The notes under the pieces: model-generated
Database searches by the model: none
Seen by the model: the letters and a program-made list of their open reading frames with translations, nothing else
Told to the model about the DNA's origin: nothing
In this document: piece by piece, positions 46,612 to 58,983 of the stretch
Layout of the letters: every line of letters begins with the position of its first letter
Numbering within the stretch: position 1 is the first letter of the stretch
Translations under genes and position numbers: made by a program
DNA from: Macrostomum lignano
Lineage: Eukaryota
Length of the DNA: 64,000 bases
Reading direction: 5' to 3'
Assembly: GCA_002269645.1 (NCBI GenBank)
Contig: NIVC01000303.1
Coordinates: forward strand, 310,001-374,000

Positions 46612-49188
46612 ATGCCGCACTTTAATCGCAATCCGCCAGCCTCTGCCGCTGCCTCTCGCGGCCCTGCAACTTCCAGGGCGGCCAGCAAGAAATCGGCCGA
46701 AATTTCCAGTGGCGACGAGAAATTTCGCGCTTTGAAAAAGGAGCTGTCGTCGAAAAAACAACTGTATGAGGATCCGGATTTTCCTGCTCAGCCAAAGAGT
46801 ATCTTCTACTCCAGGCAGCCGCCAAGGCCGTTTGAATGGAAACGACCACATGTGAGTCCTACAGCTCATACAGATCTTGTGGCGCCTAATCTAAGTCTTC
46901 TTGAGGTGCCAAATCTAGGTTTTTTGTAGCGCCGAATCTGGGTCTTCTTATAGCGCCAAATCTGTGTCCTTTTGTAGCGCCGAATCTGAATCTTTTTGTA
47001 GCGCCGAATCTGGGTCTTCTTGTGGCGCCGAATCTAGGTCTTTTTGTAGCGCCAAATCTTGGTCTTTTCATGGCGCCGAATCTGGGTCTTCTTGTGGCGC
47101 TAAATCTGGGTCTTCTTCTGGCACCGAATCTAGGTCTTTTTGTAGCGCCGAATCTAGGTCTTCTTGTGGCGCCGAATCTAGGTCTTTTTGTAGCGCCGAA
47201 TCTAGGTCTTTTTGTAGCGCCGAATCTAGGTCTTTTTGTAGCGCCGAATCTTGGTCTTTTCATGGCGCCGAATCTGGGTCTTCTTGTGGCGCTAAATCTG
47301 GGTCTTCTTCTGGCACCGAATCTGTCTTTTGTGGCGCTGAATCTGTGTCTTTTTGTGGCGCCGAATCTAAGTCTTCTTGTGGCACCGAATCTGTTTCTTT
47401 TTGTGGCGCCGAATCTGGATTGAGTCTTTTGTGGCGCCGAATCTGTCTTCTTGAGGCGCTAAATCTGGGTCTTCTTCTGGCACCGAATCTGTCTTTTGTG
47501 GCGCTGAATCTGTGTCTTTTTGTGGCGCCGAATCTATGTCTTCTTGTGGCACCGAATCTGTTTCTTTTTGTGGCGCCGAATCTGGATTGAGTCTTTTGTG
47601 GCGCCGAATCTGTCTTCTTGAGGCGCCAAATCTAGTTTTTTTTGTAGCGCCAAATCTGTGTCTTTTTGTATCGCCAAATCTGGGTCATCTTGTGGCGCCA
47701 AATCTGGGTCATGATGTGGAAAGAAGACCAGGCAAATTTTTGCTTTTCTAATTAAATTCTAATTGCGCGCCAAAAGTGTAGCAATTAAATCTGAGCGGCA
47801 GTTGACGTTTAATTAATTTCAGTGCATAGACTGTATCGTGTGCACTAAAATTCCCAATCTGAAATATAGTAAGACTAATGTGACATGTGAGTGGTATGGA
47901 CTGTGATAGGTGAAGCACGGAGTCAGGGAGAGGTCGAGGGGATTTCTTAATGAAGTGTTTGATTGGAGGAAATGTAAGGGGAGATAAGAGGAGATGTAAG
48001 AAAATGAGAAAGGGCGTTACGAGAGGAGATAAGAGATAGAGATAGAGATAGAGAAGATATGAGATAAGAGAGGAGATTAGAGAGATACGAGAGGAGATTA
48101 GAGATGAGATAAGAGAGGGTTTAGAGAGATACCAGAGGAGATCAGAGAGAGACCAAAGGAAATCAGAGAGATACCAGAGGGGATTAGAGAGATACCAAAA
48201 GAGATCCGAGAGATTCCAGAGGGGATTAGAGAGATACCAAAAGAGATCCGAGAGATACCAGAGGGGATTAGAGAGATTCCAGAGGAGATCAGAGAGATAC
48301 TAGAGGGGATTAGAGAGATACTAGAGTGGATTAGAGAGATACCAAAGGAGATCAGAGAGATACCAGAGGAGATTAGTAAGATACCAGAGGAGGTTAGAGG
48401 GGAGATGGAGAAAAGATGAGTGAGAGATCCGAGAGGAGATGAGAGAAGAGTTGAGGGAGATATAGAGGATATGTGATAAGAGAGGAGATGAGATTAGAGA
48501 GAAGATAAGAGAGGGAGATAGAGAGGATATGAGTGAGAGATACGAGAGGAGATTAAAGAGATACCAGAGGAGATTAGAGGGCTACCAGAGGAGATTAGAG
48601 AGATACCAGAGGAGATTAGAGAGATACCAGAGGAGAGTAGAGAGATACCAGAGGAGATCAGAGATACGAGAACACAGAAGATACTCACACTCACTCTCGC
48701 CCCCTCGCACTCGCCGTCTCCCATCAGGAGCTGTGCGACAATCCGAGATTTTTCGTTGGCGGCGCCAGTCGATTCGATGTTCGCCAGGGCGAGCTGGGTG
48801 AGCTGTGCTCTGATAATTATTTATTCTAGTTACTACTTGTGTAGAAAGCATTTCTGTTCCTTGTGTCTTCTGCTTTTTCTAGGTTATAAAAAGTATGTAC
48901 TTTTGATTTGAAAGAAAGCTGTGATAAGGTTAGTTGACTTTGTGCTTAACTACGATCGTAAGGTAAAGTAATTATCTAAGTATATTTACAGTCCCAGGGT
49001 CCCTCGTTCTCACCGCTTAGCTAAGCTTCAAGAGCCATTGAACCCAATGACCCACGGTGCTTAAACTATAACCAAATTTGATATGAAATTTAGGCCGAAA
49101 TTCTACGCCAAAAATATCTCGGAATAAATTTCGGTAGATTATTTTCATTAGTCTTTTTATTTGCATGAATATCTGGCTCTCTTTTCGC

Positions 49189-49266
<78 letters not shown>

Positions 49267-49269
49267 TGG

Positions 49270-49348
<79 letters not shown>

Positions 49349-52300
49349 GTCTGTCTCTGTCTGTCTGTCTGTTGGTGTCTGTCTGTCTGTCTGTCTGTCT
49401 TTCTGTCTTTCCCTTTGTGTGTCCTATTTGTGTGTCTCATTTGATTATCTGCCTATCATATCTTTCTGCTCTGTTTCTGTATGGTACTATCCTTCTGACC
49501 CTTTATTTTGATATCTATTTTTATTTCTTAAAGTCCGTCTTTCTGTTCATAATCTGTTAAGCAATAATTGTCCAAATAGTATAGTTTTGTATGCAAGTTT
49601 GTTGTAGCAAAATTTAATTAACTTGGAACACTCTGGGTGGAATGAATCTCGGCCTTCTCTTTCTATGTGTGTAAAAGTGGATTTGCAATGATTGGCAAAC
49701 ACTTACACTCACTCACTCCTCTCTTCTCTCTTCTGTTTACGGCATGGGTGTGTTTTATATTAGCAATTGTTATTGGTTTATATGCCATACGGTGCGAAAT
49801 TCTGCGGAAAATGGAATGAGTGTGCGAAGTTTGAAGTGTTGCTAATGTATATATTTTTCATATCTAGCTATAGTATCTTACAATACTGAGCGAGTAGTGA
49901 CTGTTGCTAATGCAATTTGTAACGAGTTCCCACGAGCGCAGGGTTAATTTCTAAGTATTAAGTAAAAAACAAAACTTTTACTAACACTTGCTTTGACAGT
50001 TTAGTTTAGTATCTATCACTGTCTGTCCGTGTTACTGGCCTCTGTGCCTGTCTTTAATTGTCTGTCTCTGGCCTCTGTGCCTGTCTTTAATTGTCTGTCT
50101 CTGGCCTCTGTGCCTGTCTTTAATTGTCTGTCTCTGGCCTCTGTGCCTGTCTTTAATTGTCTGTCTCTGGCCTCTGTGCCTGTCTTTAATTGTCTGTGAC
50201 TGACCTCTGTGCCTGTCTTTAATTGTCTGTCTCTGGCCTCTGTGCCTGTCTTTAATTGTCTGTCTCTGACCTCTGTGCCTGTCTTTAATTGTCTGTCTCT
50301 GACCTCTGTGCCTGTCTTTAATTGTGTGTCTCTGACCTCTATGCCTGTCTTTAATTGTCTGTCTCTGACCTCTGTGCCTGTCTTTAATTGTGTGTCTCTG
50401 ACCTCTATGCCTGTCTTTAATTGTCTGTCACTGACCTCTGTGCCTGTCTTTAATTGCCTGTCACTGACCTCTGTGCCTGTCTTTAATTGTCTGTCTCTGG
50501 CCCGATGCCTGTCTTTAATTGTCTGTCTCTGGCCTCTGTGCCTGTCTTTAATTGTCTGTCTCCGACCTCTGTGCCTGTCTTTAATTGTCTGTCTCTGACC
50601 TCTGTGCCTGTCTTTAAATGTGTGTCTCTGACCTATGTGCCTGTCTTTAATTGCCTGTCACTGACCTCTGTGCCTGTCTTTAATTGTCTGTCTCCGACCT
50701 CTGTGCCTGTCTTTAATTGTCTATCACTGGCCTCTGTGCCTGTCTTTAATTGTCTGTCACTGACCTCTGTGCCTGTCTTTAATTGTCTGTCTCTGACCTC
50801 TTTGCCTGTCTTTAATTGTCTGTCTCTGGCCTCTGTGTCTGTCTTTAATTGTCTGTCTCTGGCCTCTGTGCCTGTCTTTAATTGTCTGTCACTGACCTCT
50901 GTGCTTGTCTTTAATTGTCTGTCTCTGACCTCTGTGCCTGTCTTTAATTGTCTGTCTCCGACCTCTGTGCCTGTCTTTAATTGTCTGTCTCCGACCTCTG
51001 TGCCTGTCTTTAATTGTCTGTCTCTGGCCCCATGCCTGTCTTTAATTGTCTGTCTCTGGCCTCTGTGCCTGTCTTTAATTGTCTGTCTCCGACCTCTGTG
51101 CCTGTCTTTAATTGTCTGTCTCCGACCTCTGTGCTTGTCTTTAATTGTCTGTCTCCGACCTTTGTGCCTGTCTTTAATTGTCTGTCTCCGACCTCTGTGC
51201 CTGTCTTTAATTGTCTGTCTCTGACATCTGTGCCTGTCTTTAATTGTCTGTCTCTGGCCTCTGTGCCTGTCTTTAATTGTCTGTGACTGACCTCTGTGCC
51301 TGTCTTTAATTGTCTGTCTCTGGCCTCTGTGCCTGTCTTTAATTGTCTGTCTCTGACCTCTGTGCCTGTCTTTAATTGTCTGTCTCTGACCTCTGTGCCT
51401 GTCTTTAATTGTGTGTCTCTGACCTCTATGCCTGTCTTTAATTGTCTGTCTCTGACCTCTGTGCCTGTCTTTAATTGTGTGTCTCTGACCTCTATGCCTG
51501 TCTTTAATTGTCTGTCACTGACCTCTGTGCCTGTCTTTAATTGCCTGTCACTGACCTCTGTGCCTGTCTTTAATTGTCTGTCTCTGGCCCGATGCCTGTC
51601 TTTAATTGTCTGTCTCTGGCCTCTGTGCCTGTCTTTAATTGTCTGTCTCCGACCTCTGTGCCTGTCTTTAATTGTCTGTCTCTGACCTCTGTGCCTGTCT
51701 TTAAATGTGTGTCTCTGACCTATGTGCCTGTCTTTAATTGCCTGTCACTGACCTCTGTGCCTGTCTTTAATTGTCTGTCTCTGACCTCTGTGCCTGTCTT
51801 TAATTGTCTATCACTGGCCTCTGTGCCTGTCTTTAATTGTCTGTCACTGACCTCTGTGCCTGTCTTTAATTGTCTGTCTCTGACCTCTTTGCCTGTCTTT
51901 AATTGTCTGTCTCTGACCTCTGTGCCTGTCTTTAATTGTCTGTCTCCGACCTCTGTGCCTGTCTTTAATTGTCTGTCTCCGACCTCTGTGCCTGTCTTTA
52001 ATTGTCTGTCTCTGGCCCGATGCCTGTCTTTAATTGTCTGTCTCTGGCCTCTGTGCCTGTCTTTAATTGTCTGTCTCCGACCTCTGTGCCTGTCTTTAAT
52101 TGTCTGTCTCCGACCTCTGTGCCTGTCTTTAATTGTCTGTCTCCGACCTCTGTGCTTGTCTTTAATTGTCTGTCTCCGACCTTTGTGCCTGTCTTTAATT
52201 GTCTGTCTCCGACCTCTGTGCCTGTCTTTAATTGTCTGTCTCTGACATCTGTGCCTGTCTTTAATTGTCTGTCTCTGGCCTCTGTGCCTGTCTTTAATTG

Positions 52301-55300
52301 TCTGTCACTGACCTCTGTGCCTGTCTTTAATTGTCTGTCTCTGACCTCTGTGCCTGTCTTTAATTGTCTGTCTCTGACCTCTGTGCCTGTCTTTAATTGT
52401 GTGTCTCTGACCTCTATGCCTGTCTTTAATTGTCTGTCTCTGACCTCTGTGCCTTTCTTTAATTGTCTGTCTCTGACCTCTGTGCCTGTCTTTAATTGTC
52501 TGTCTCTGACCTCTGTGCCTGTCTTTAATTGTCTGTCTCTGGCCCGATGCCTGTCTTTAATTGTCTGTCTCTGGCCTCTTTGCCTGTCTTTAATTGTCTG
52601 TCTCCGACCTCTGTGCCTGTCTTTAATTGTCTGTCTCCGACCTCTGTGCCTGTCTTTAATTGTCTGTCTCCGACCTCTGTGCCTGTCTTTAATTGTCTGT
52701 CCTGACCTCTGTGCCTGTCTTTAATTGTCTGTCTCTGACCTCTGTGCCTGTCTTTAATTGTCTGTCTCTGACCTCTGTGCCTGTCTTTAATTGCCTGTCT
52801 CCGACCTTTGTGCCTGTCTTTAATTGTCTGTCACTGACCTCTGTGCCTGTCTTTAATTGTCTGTCTCTGACCTCTGTGCCTGTCTTTAATTGTCTGTCTC
52901 TGCCCTCTGTGCCTGTCTTTAATTGTCTGTCTCTGGCCTCTGTGCCTGTCTTTAATTGTCTGTCTCTGGCCCGATGCCTGTCTTTAATTGTCTGTCTCTG
53001 GCCTCTGTGCCTGTCTTTAATTGTCTGTCTCTGGCCCGATGCCTGTCTTTAATTGTCTGTCTCTGGCCTCTGTGCCTGTCTTTAATTGTCTGTCTCTGGC
53101 CCGATGCCTGTCTTTAATTGTCTGTCACTGGCCCGATGTTTGTCTTTAATTGTCTGTCTCTGGCCTCTGTGCCTGTCTTTAATTGTCTGTCTCTGGCCCG
53201 ATGCCTGTCTTTAATTGTCTGTCACTGTCCCGATGTTTGTCTTTAATTGTCTGTCTCTGGCCTCTGTGCCTGTCTTTAATTGTCCGTCTCTGGCCCGATG
53301 CCTGTCTTTAATTGTCTGTCACTGGCCCGATGTTTGTCTTTAATTGTCTGTCTCTGGCCCCGATGTCTGTCTTTCTATGTTTATTACTTCTATCGGTAAG
53401 TCTGTAATCTCTCTGTCTAACAAACATGAAGGCCTTACAAAAGTTCAGCTTCCAGACTATATCATTTTCAGTATCTATTTCTATTAGTTCAACCATTAGA
53501 ACTAATCGATTATATGCATTCCGGAAGTAGTTAATCTTCTCAATCGCGGAACGTTTAGGCTGCCAGCCTTTAAACTAATGATGTCTGTCGCTATGGAAGG
53601 GTTACAGGATTCTGTAAATGATCTCTATAGGGTTTTATTATGTTGTAGATTTTCAGTATTGAATTGTGTGGAATTACTGTATGGATGTCTTGACAGGGTG
53701 TTACAGAGCGCTGTACGGGGTGTTACAGAGGTCTGTACAGGCGTGCTACAGGAAGTCTACAAGGGAGTTACAGGGGCCTCTACACAGAGATACATGGGTG
53801 GGGTTGTTACAGTCTGTTTCTTAAAAAGGACTTTACATGGGTAACAGACGTCATTACAATTGACTTGGTTTCGTCAAGAGATGACAAAATGTCCTTTTTA
53901 ATTTAAATGTTGAAAAAGTTCAGCTAACTTTATAAATGCAAGGATTATAATATTAGAAAGGCTGATATTTTGCCTTTTTAGGTTCCTATTAATGGCATAC
54001 AACAGACCAGTGGAATCGATTGCATTCTAGAAAGGCATGTGGCATTTTGGCAATGCAGCATGCAGTAAGTATTGCGAAATAGGCAGGGTATGCATTTCCA
54101 TCCCTCTTCCCCCAACATCATCTTCAGCCCTAGCTGCAGCTAGCCATGAATCACACTGGAAGATTTCTGAAGCACCGCAAAAATAATAGGGGAACCCGCG
54201 ACTTGAAGGTCGGGGGTTCGATTCCCAATCTCACTCGGAACAATCTGTGTTCGTGATCGCAGATGACACTTAACTCTGCATAGCTTCAGTTCCAGCATTA
54301 GCTGGGGTAATTGAGGAAGGGTGTGTGCGGCGACCCCCCAGTCCTTGGACTGAGTTGTTGGTTGCAAATCTGGTGTAATCAATTTTAATTATTAAATATT
54401 ATTACTCTCTATAACAAAATTGTATAAGATCAACGTACAGACCAGATATCTCGGTTTAGAAAGCTCTGTAACTAAGCCATTTTTTTCAAAGGTCGGGTGC
54501 GCTTCAGTGCGACACGCATGGCCTCTTTCTTCCTTCCTTCTTTCACCTGTACGCTACTGCCGCCTGTAAGCTAAGGCTGGACCAGCCCGCTCTGTGCCAG
54601 GGGAGGGAGCACTGCGCAATAGCTTGGCTTAATAACCGTACTGTTCAGGCTACAGTTGTGCCGCATGGCCTCTCCTAAGAGAGAGGAGAGAGAGGTAAAG
54701 AGAGAGAAGAGAGGTCGTTTTTTTCATTCGGCCCCTACATTTTAGCTAAGCTAAGTATAGTGTACCGTAAGTTTTGTACAGTAATTGTAGTGTGCAGCAT
54801 TGCACCGTTGGAAAATCGATTTAAATTACTCGTATTAGCAATACACAAGTTGCTTTAGTTAGATCTTCTGAAGTATATATAAAAAATAAAAGGAGATCTT
54901 TATACAGTTGTTAAATAGAAAGTTACAAAATACCTTTATGATTTTGTTCGCTGTCTCCTGCATGAAAATTGGGCAATGGATTGTTAATTAGTCTTGCTGG
55001 TGCGATTCTAGCGGTGCATACGTTGCTTTTATATTTTCCTGCGCGTTGCGTATTGCTCAAAAATATTTAATAGTTTCTTGGGGTTCGCATTAGTTACCTC
55101 TTGCATCACTTGACCCCTAATGGCATTCTTGACCCCTTGCCTCCTTGCTACCTTGCCCCCCTGACTCCTTCCCCCTGACCCCTTGCCCCTCTTGAACCTT
55201 TGCTCACCTTGACCCCTTGGACCCCCGTTGACCCCTTTCCCGCTTGACCCCTTGCCCCCTGACTCCTTGCCCCTCTTGACCCTTTGCTCACCTTGACCCC

Positions 55301-58300
55301 TTGGACCCCCGTTGACCCCTTTCCCGCTTGACCCCTTGCCCCCCTGACTCCTTGCCCCCCTTGACCCTTTGCTCACCTTGACCCCTTGGACCCCCGTTGA
55401 CCCCTTTCCCGCTTGACCCTTGCCCCCTGACTCCTTGCCCCCTTGACCCCTTGCCCCTCTTAACACTTTGCCCCCCTTGACCCCTTGCCCCTCTTAACAC
55501 TTTGCCCCCCTTGACCCCTTGCCCCTCTTAACACTTTGCCCCCCTTGACCCCTTGCCCCTCTTAACCCTTTGCCCCCCTTGACCTCTTGCCCCTCTTAAC
55601 ACTTTGCCCCCCTTGACCCCTTGCCCCTCTTAACACTTTGCCCCCTTGACCCCTTGCCCCTCTTAACACTTTGCCCCCTTGACCCCTTGCCCCTCTTAAC
55701 ACTTTGCCCCCCTTGACCCCTTGCCCCTCTTAACCCTTTGCCCCCCTTGACCCCTTGCCCTTCTTAACCCTTTGCCCCCTTCCTCTTGCCCTCTTGCCCC
55801 TTGACTGATGAGTCAGTGACTGGTTTCAAAGGTAGACAACACATAGAAACAAATAGTTCCAGTTGCGATCCATGAAAGTTTCCTGCATAAGATGTCCTGT
55901 CCTGTTCACTAATCTAATGCGCAAGGAACACACACACACTGTGGACTGGGTCCTGGTATTTTCGCGTGTCTTTCGTCTGGGAAGGGAAAGAGAAAAGTGG
56001 GAGAAAGCGTGGAAGAGGAGAGAGGAGAGAGGGATAGGGAGAGAGAAGTAAAGGAAGAAACCAGGATATTTAATGTGCATGGTCCACCATCATTCGAGGT
56101 GGGGGGAGCGATATTTTTTATCGTTCCGAGCTTCCTTCGCTCTCCCTTTAAGCTGGGGTGGTAAATGGCGGCGAAGGGATGGAAGCTTCTAGAATTATCA
56201 TGAAAACAAAAGTGCATTTGTAATAGTAGTTTAATATTACTATTACTTATAGTAGTAGTATTGTGCGATAGTTCTGCATTTTTTCAACGCTTATTTTACA
56301 ATATTTATTCTCAAATTTTTTTTTTAATTTTTATTTTCCACTATAGGAGGCCGATTGTTGCGCTTGTAAAAAAGAAAAATTTAATTACAAAACTCCTATC
56401 TTTAAAGCTCTTAAAATAGTATGATTCTATTTTATTTTACTGTCGTTGTTGTATCGTTTGTTCTTCTCTCTACAACTAATTTAAAGATAATACAAAAACC
56501 AGCACTTGGTTTCGGCTGTCCCTGTCTATGTTGTTTCATTGTACTTTATTATGTACAGTTAAAGGCTGTTATAATTAATTATGGGGCCGATATCAATATC
56601 CGGGTGTGTACAAAGTTTATAAAAAGTAAATTGCGAAAAGTAGACGGTACATAAACTGAATAAAGTACATAGATTACATGATTTAGGTTATAGAAGACTG
56701 GCGGAGGTCATAGAGTACACGCAGAGGTCATAGCGTACACACAGAGGTCATAGAGTACATACAGAGATCATAGAGTACACACAGAGGTCATAGAGTACAT
56801 ACAGAGGTCATAGAGTACACACAGAGGTCATAGAGTACACACAGAGGTCATAGAGTACATACAGAGGTCATAGAGTACATACACACAGGTCATAGAGTAT
56901 ATACACACAGGTCATAGAGTACGGAGACTTAATAAAGTACACAGTTCGTATTGTACACACTGAATCGTAAGTGCATTAACCAGTCAAAGTGCATAATATA
57001 ATAGGTACGCAATAAAAGTACACGCAAATAATCGCTCACAAACTCGCCCACCCCTGCACCCAGGCGACTGCTGGCTACTGGCCGCCGTTGCCTCCCTGTC
57101 GATGCACCCGCAACTGTTCGATCTTGTGGTGCCGCAGGATCAAGACTTCACCGATGCCGATTACTGCGGCGTTGTTCGATTCCGTTTCTGGCAATTCGGC
57201 GAATGGACCGACGTGCTGGTAGACGACCGTCTGCCAACCTACAACAACCGTCTAGTGTTCATGCACTCCACAGATAGCAACGAGTTCTGGTCGGCCCTGC
57301 TTGAAAAGGCCTACGCCAAGATGATGGGCAGCTACGAGGCTCTGAAAGGCGGCTCAGCTTCCGAGGCGATGGAGGATTTCACTGGCGGTATTACCGAGTT
57401 TTACGATCTGAGGCAGAGCACGCCGCCGAGCCTGTTCCAGACTATGGTTAAGGCTAACAAGCGCAGCTCGCTGATGGGCTGCTCTATCGAGGCCGATCCC
57501 AACCAGATTGAGGCCCAGCTGTCCAACGGCCTGATCATGGGTCACGCTTATTCCATCACGGATGTGCGAACTGTAAGTTTGCTCATTTTCTTCGGGGCGT
57601 TTTTTTTTCCCTTTTAGCTCATCTTGAACGATCTCCAACTGATTTCAATGATCCCATAGTCCCAGCTGATTCTTAATCCCAGTGATCCCATATTCCCAAC
57701 CGATTCTTGATCCCAGTGATCCCATAGTCCCAGCTGATTCTTAATCCCAGTGATCCCATATTCCCAACCGATTCTTGATCCCAGTGATCCCATATTCCCA
57801 ACCGATTCTTGATCCCAGTGATCCCATATTCCCAACCGATTCTTGATCCCAGTGATCCCATATTCCCAACCGATTCTTGATCCCAGTGATCCCATATTCC
57901 CAACCGATTCTTGATCCCAGTGATCCCATAGTCCCAGCTGATTCTTAATCCCAGTGATCCCATATTCCCAACCGATTCTTGATCCCAGTGATCCCATATT
58001 CCCAACCGATTCTTGATCCCAGTGATCCCATATTCCCAACCGATTCTTGATCCCAGTGATCCCATATTCCCAACCGATTTTTGATCCCAGTGATCCCATA
58101 GTCCCAGCTGATTCTTAATCCCAGTGATCCCATATTCCCAACCGATTCTTGATCCCAGTGATCCCATATTCCCAACCGATTCTTGATCCCAGTGATCCCA
58201 TATTCCCAACCGATTCTTGATCCCAGTGATCCCATATTCCCAACCGATTCTTGATCCCAGTGATCCCATAGTCCCAGCTGATTCTTAATCCCAGTGATCC

Positions 58301-58840
58301 CATATTCCCAACCGATTCTTGATCCCAGTGATCCCATAGTCCCAGCTGATTCGTAATCCCAGTGATCCCATATTCCCAACCGATTCTTGATCCCAGTGAT
58401 CCCATATTCCCAACCGATTCTTGATCCCAATGGTCCCATTTTTAACCCAAATCAATAATGATGAGCTCATTTGATTTCTATGATCCCATATCACTTAATA
58501 ATCTCATTAACCCTAACACCGCAGGTGGAGGTGAACCTGCGCGGCAAGAAGGGCGCCGTCCAGTTGCTGCGCATCCGCAACCCGTGGGGCAACGAGGCCG
58601 AGTGGAAGGGCGCCTGGGGCGACAGCTCGCCTGAGTGGTCCATCCTGTCTGAGGACGAGAAGAAGAAAATGGGCCTGTCGTTTGATGACGACGGCGAGTT
58701 CTGGATGAGCTTCCAGGATTTCTGCTCCAACTTCCAGGTAGCTGTCTGTGTGTGTGTGTGTGTGTGTCTGTGTGTGTGTGTGTCTGTGTGTGTGTGTGTC
58801 TGTCTGTGTGTGTGTCTGTCTGTCTGTCTGTCTGCCTGCC

Positions 58841-58905
<65 letters not shown>

Positions 58906-58932
58906 GCCTGTCTGTCTGTCTGTCTGTCTGCC

Positions 58933-58983
<51 letters not shown>

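Noticed and set aside
55802-55830. CTGATGAG hammerhead-ribozyme core
   Set aside because: There is no viable stem II followed by GAAA and no stem III/cleavage triplet; it reads equally well as an AP-1-like TGAGTCA.
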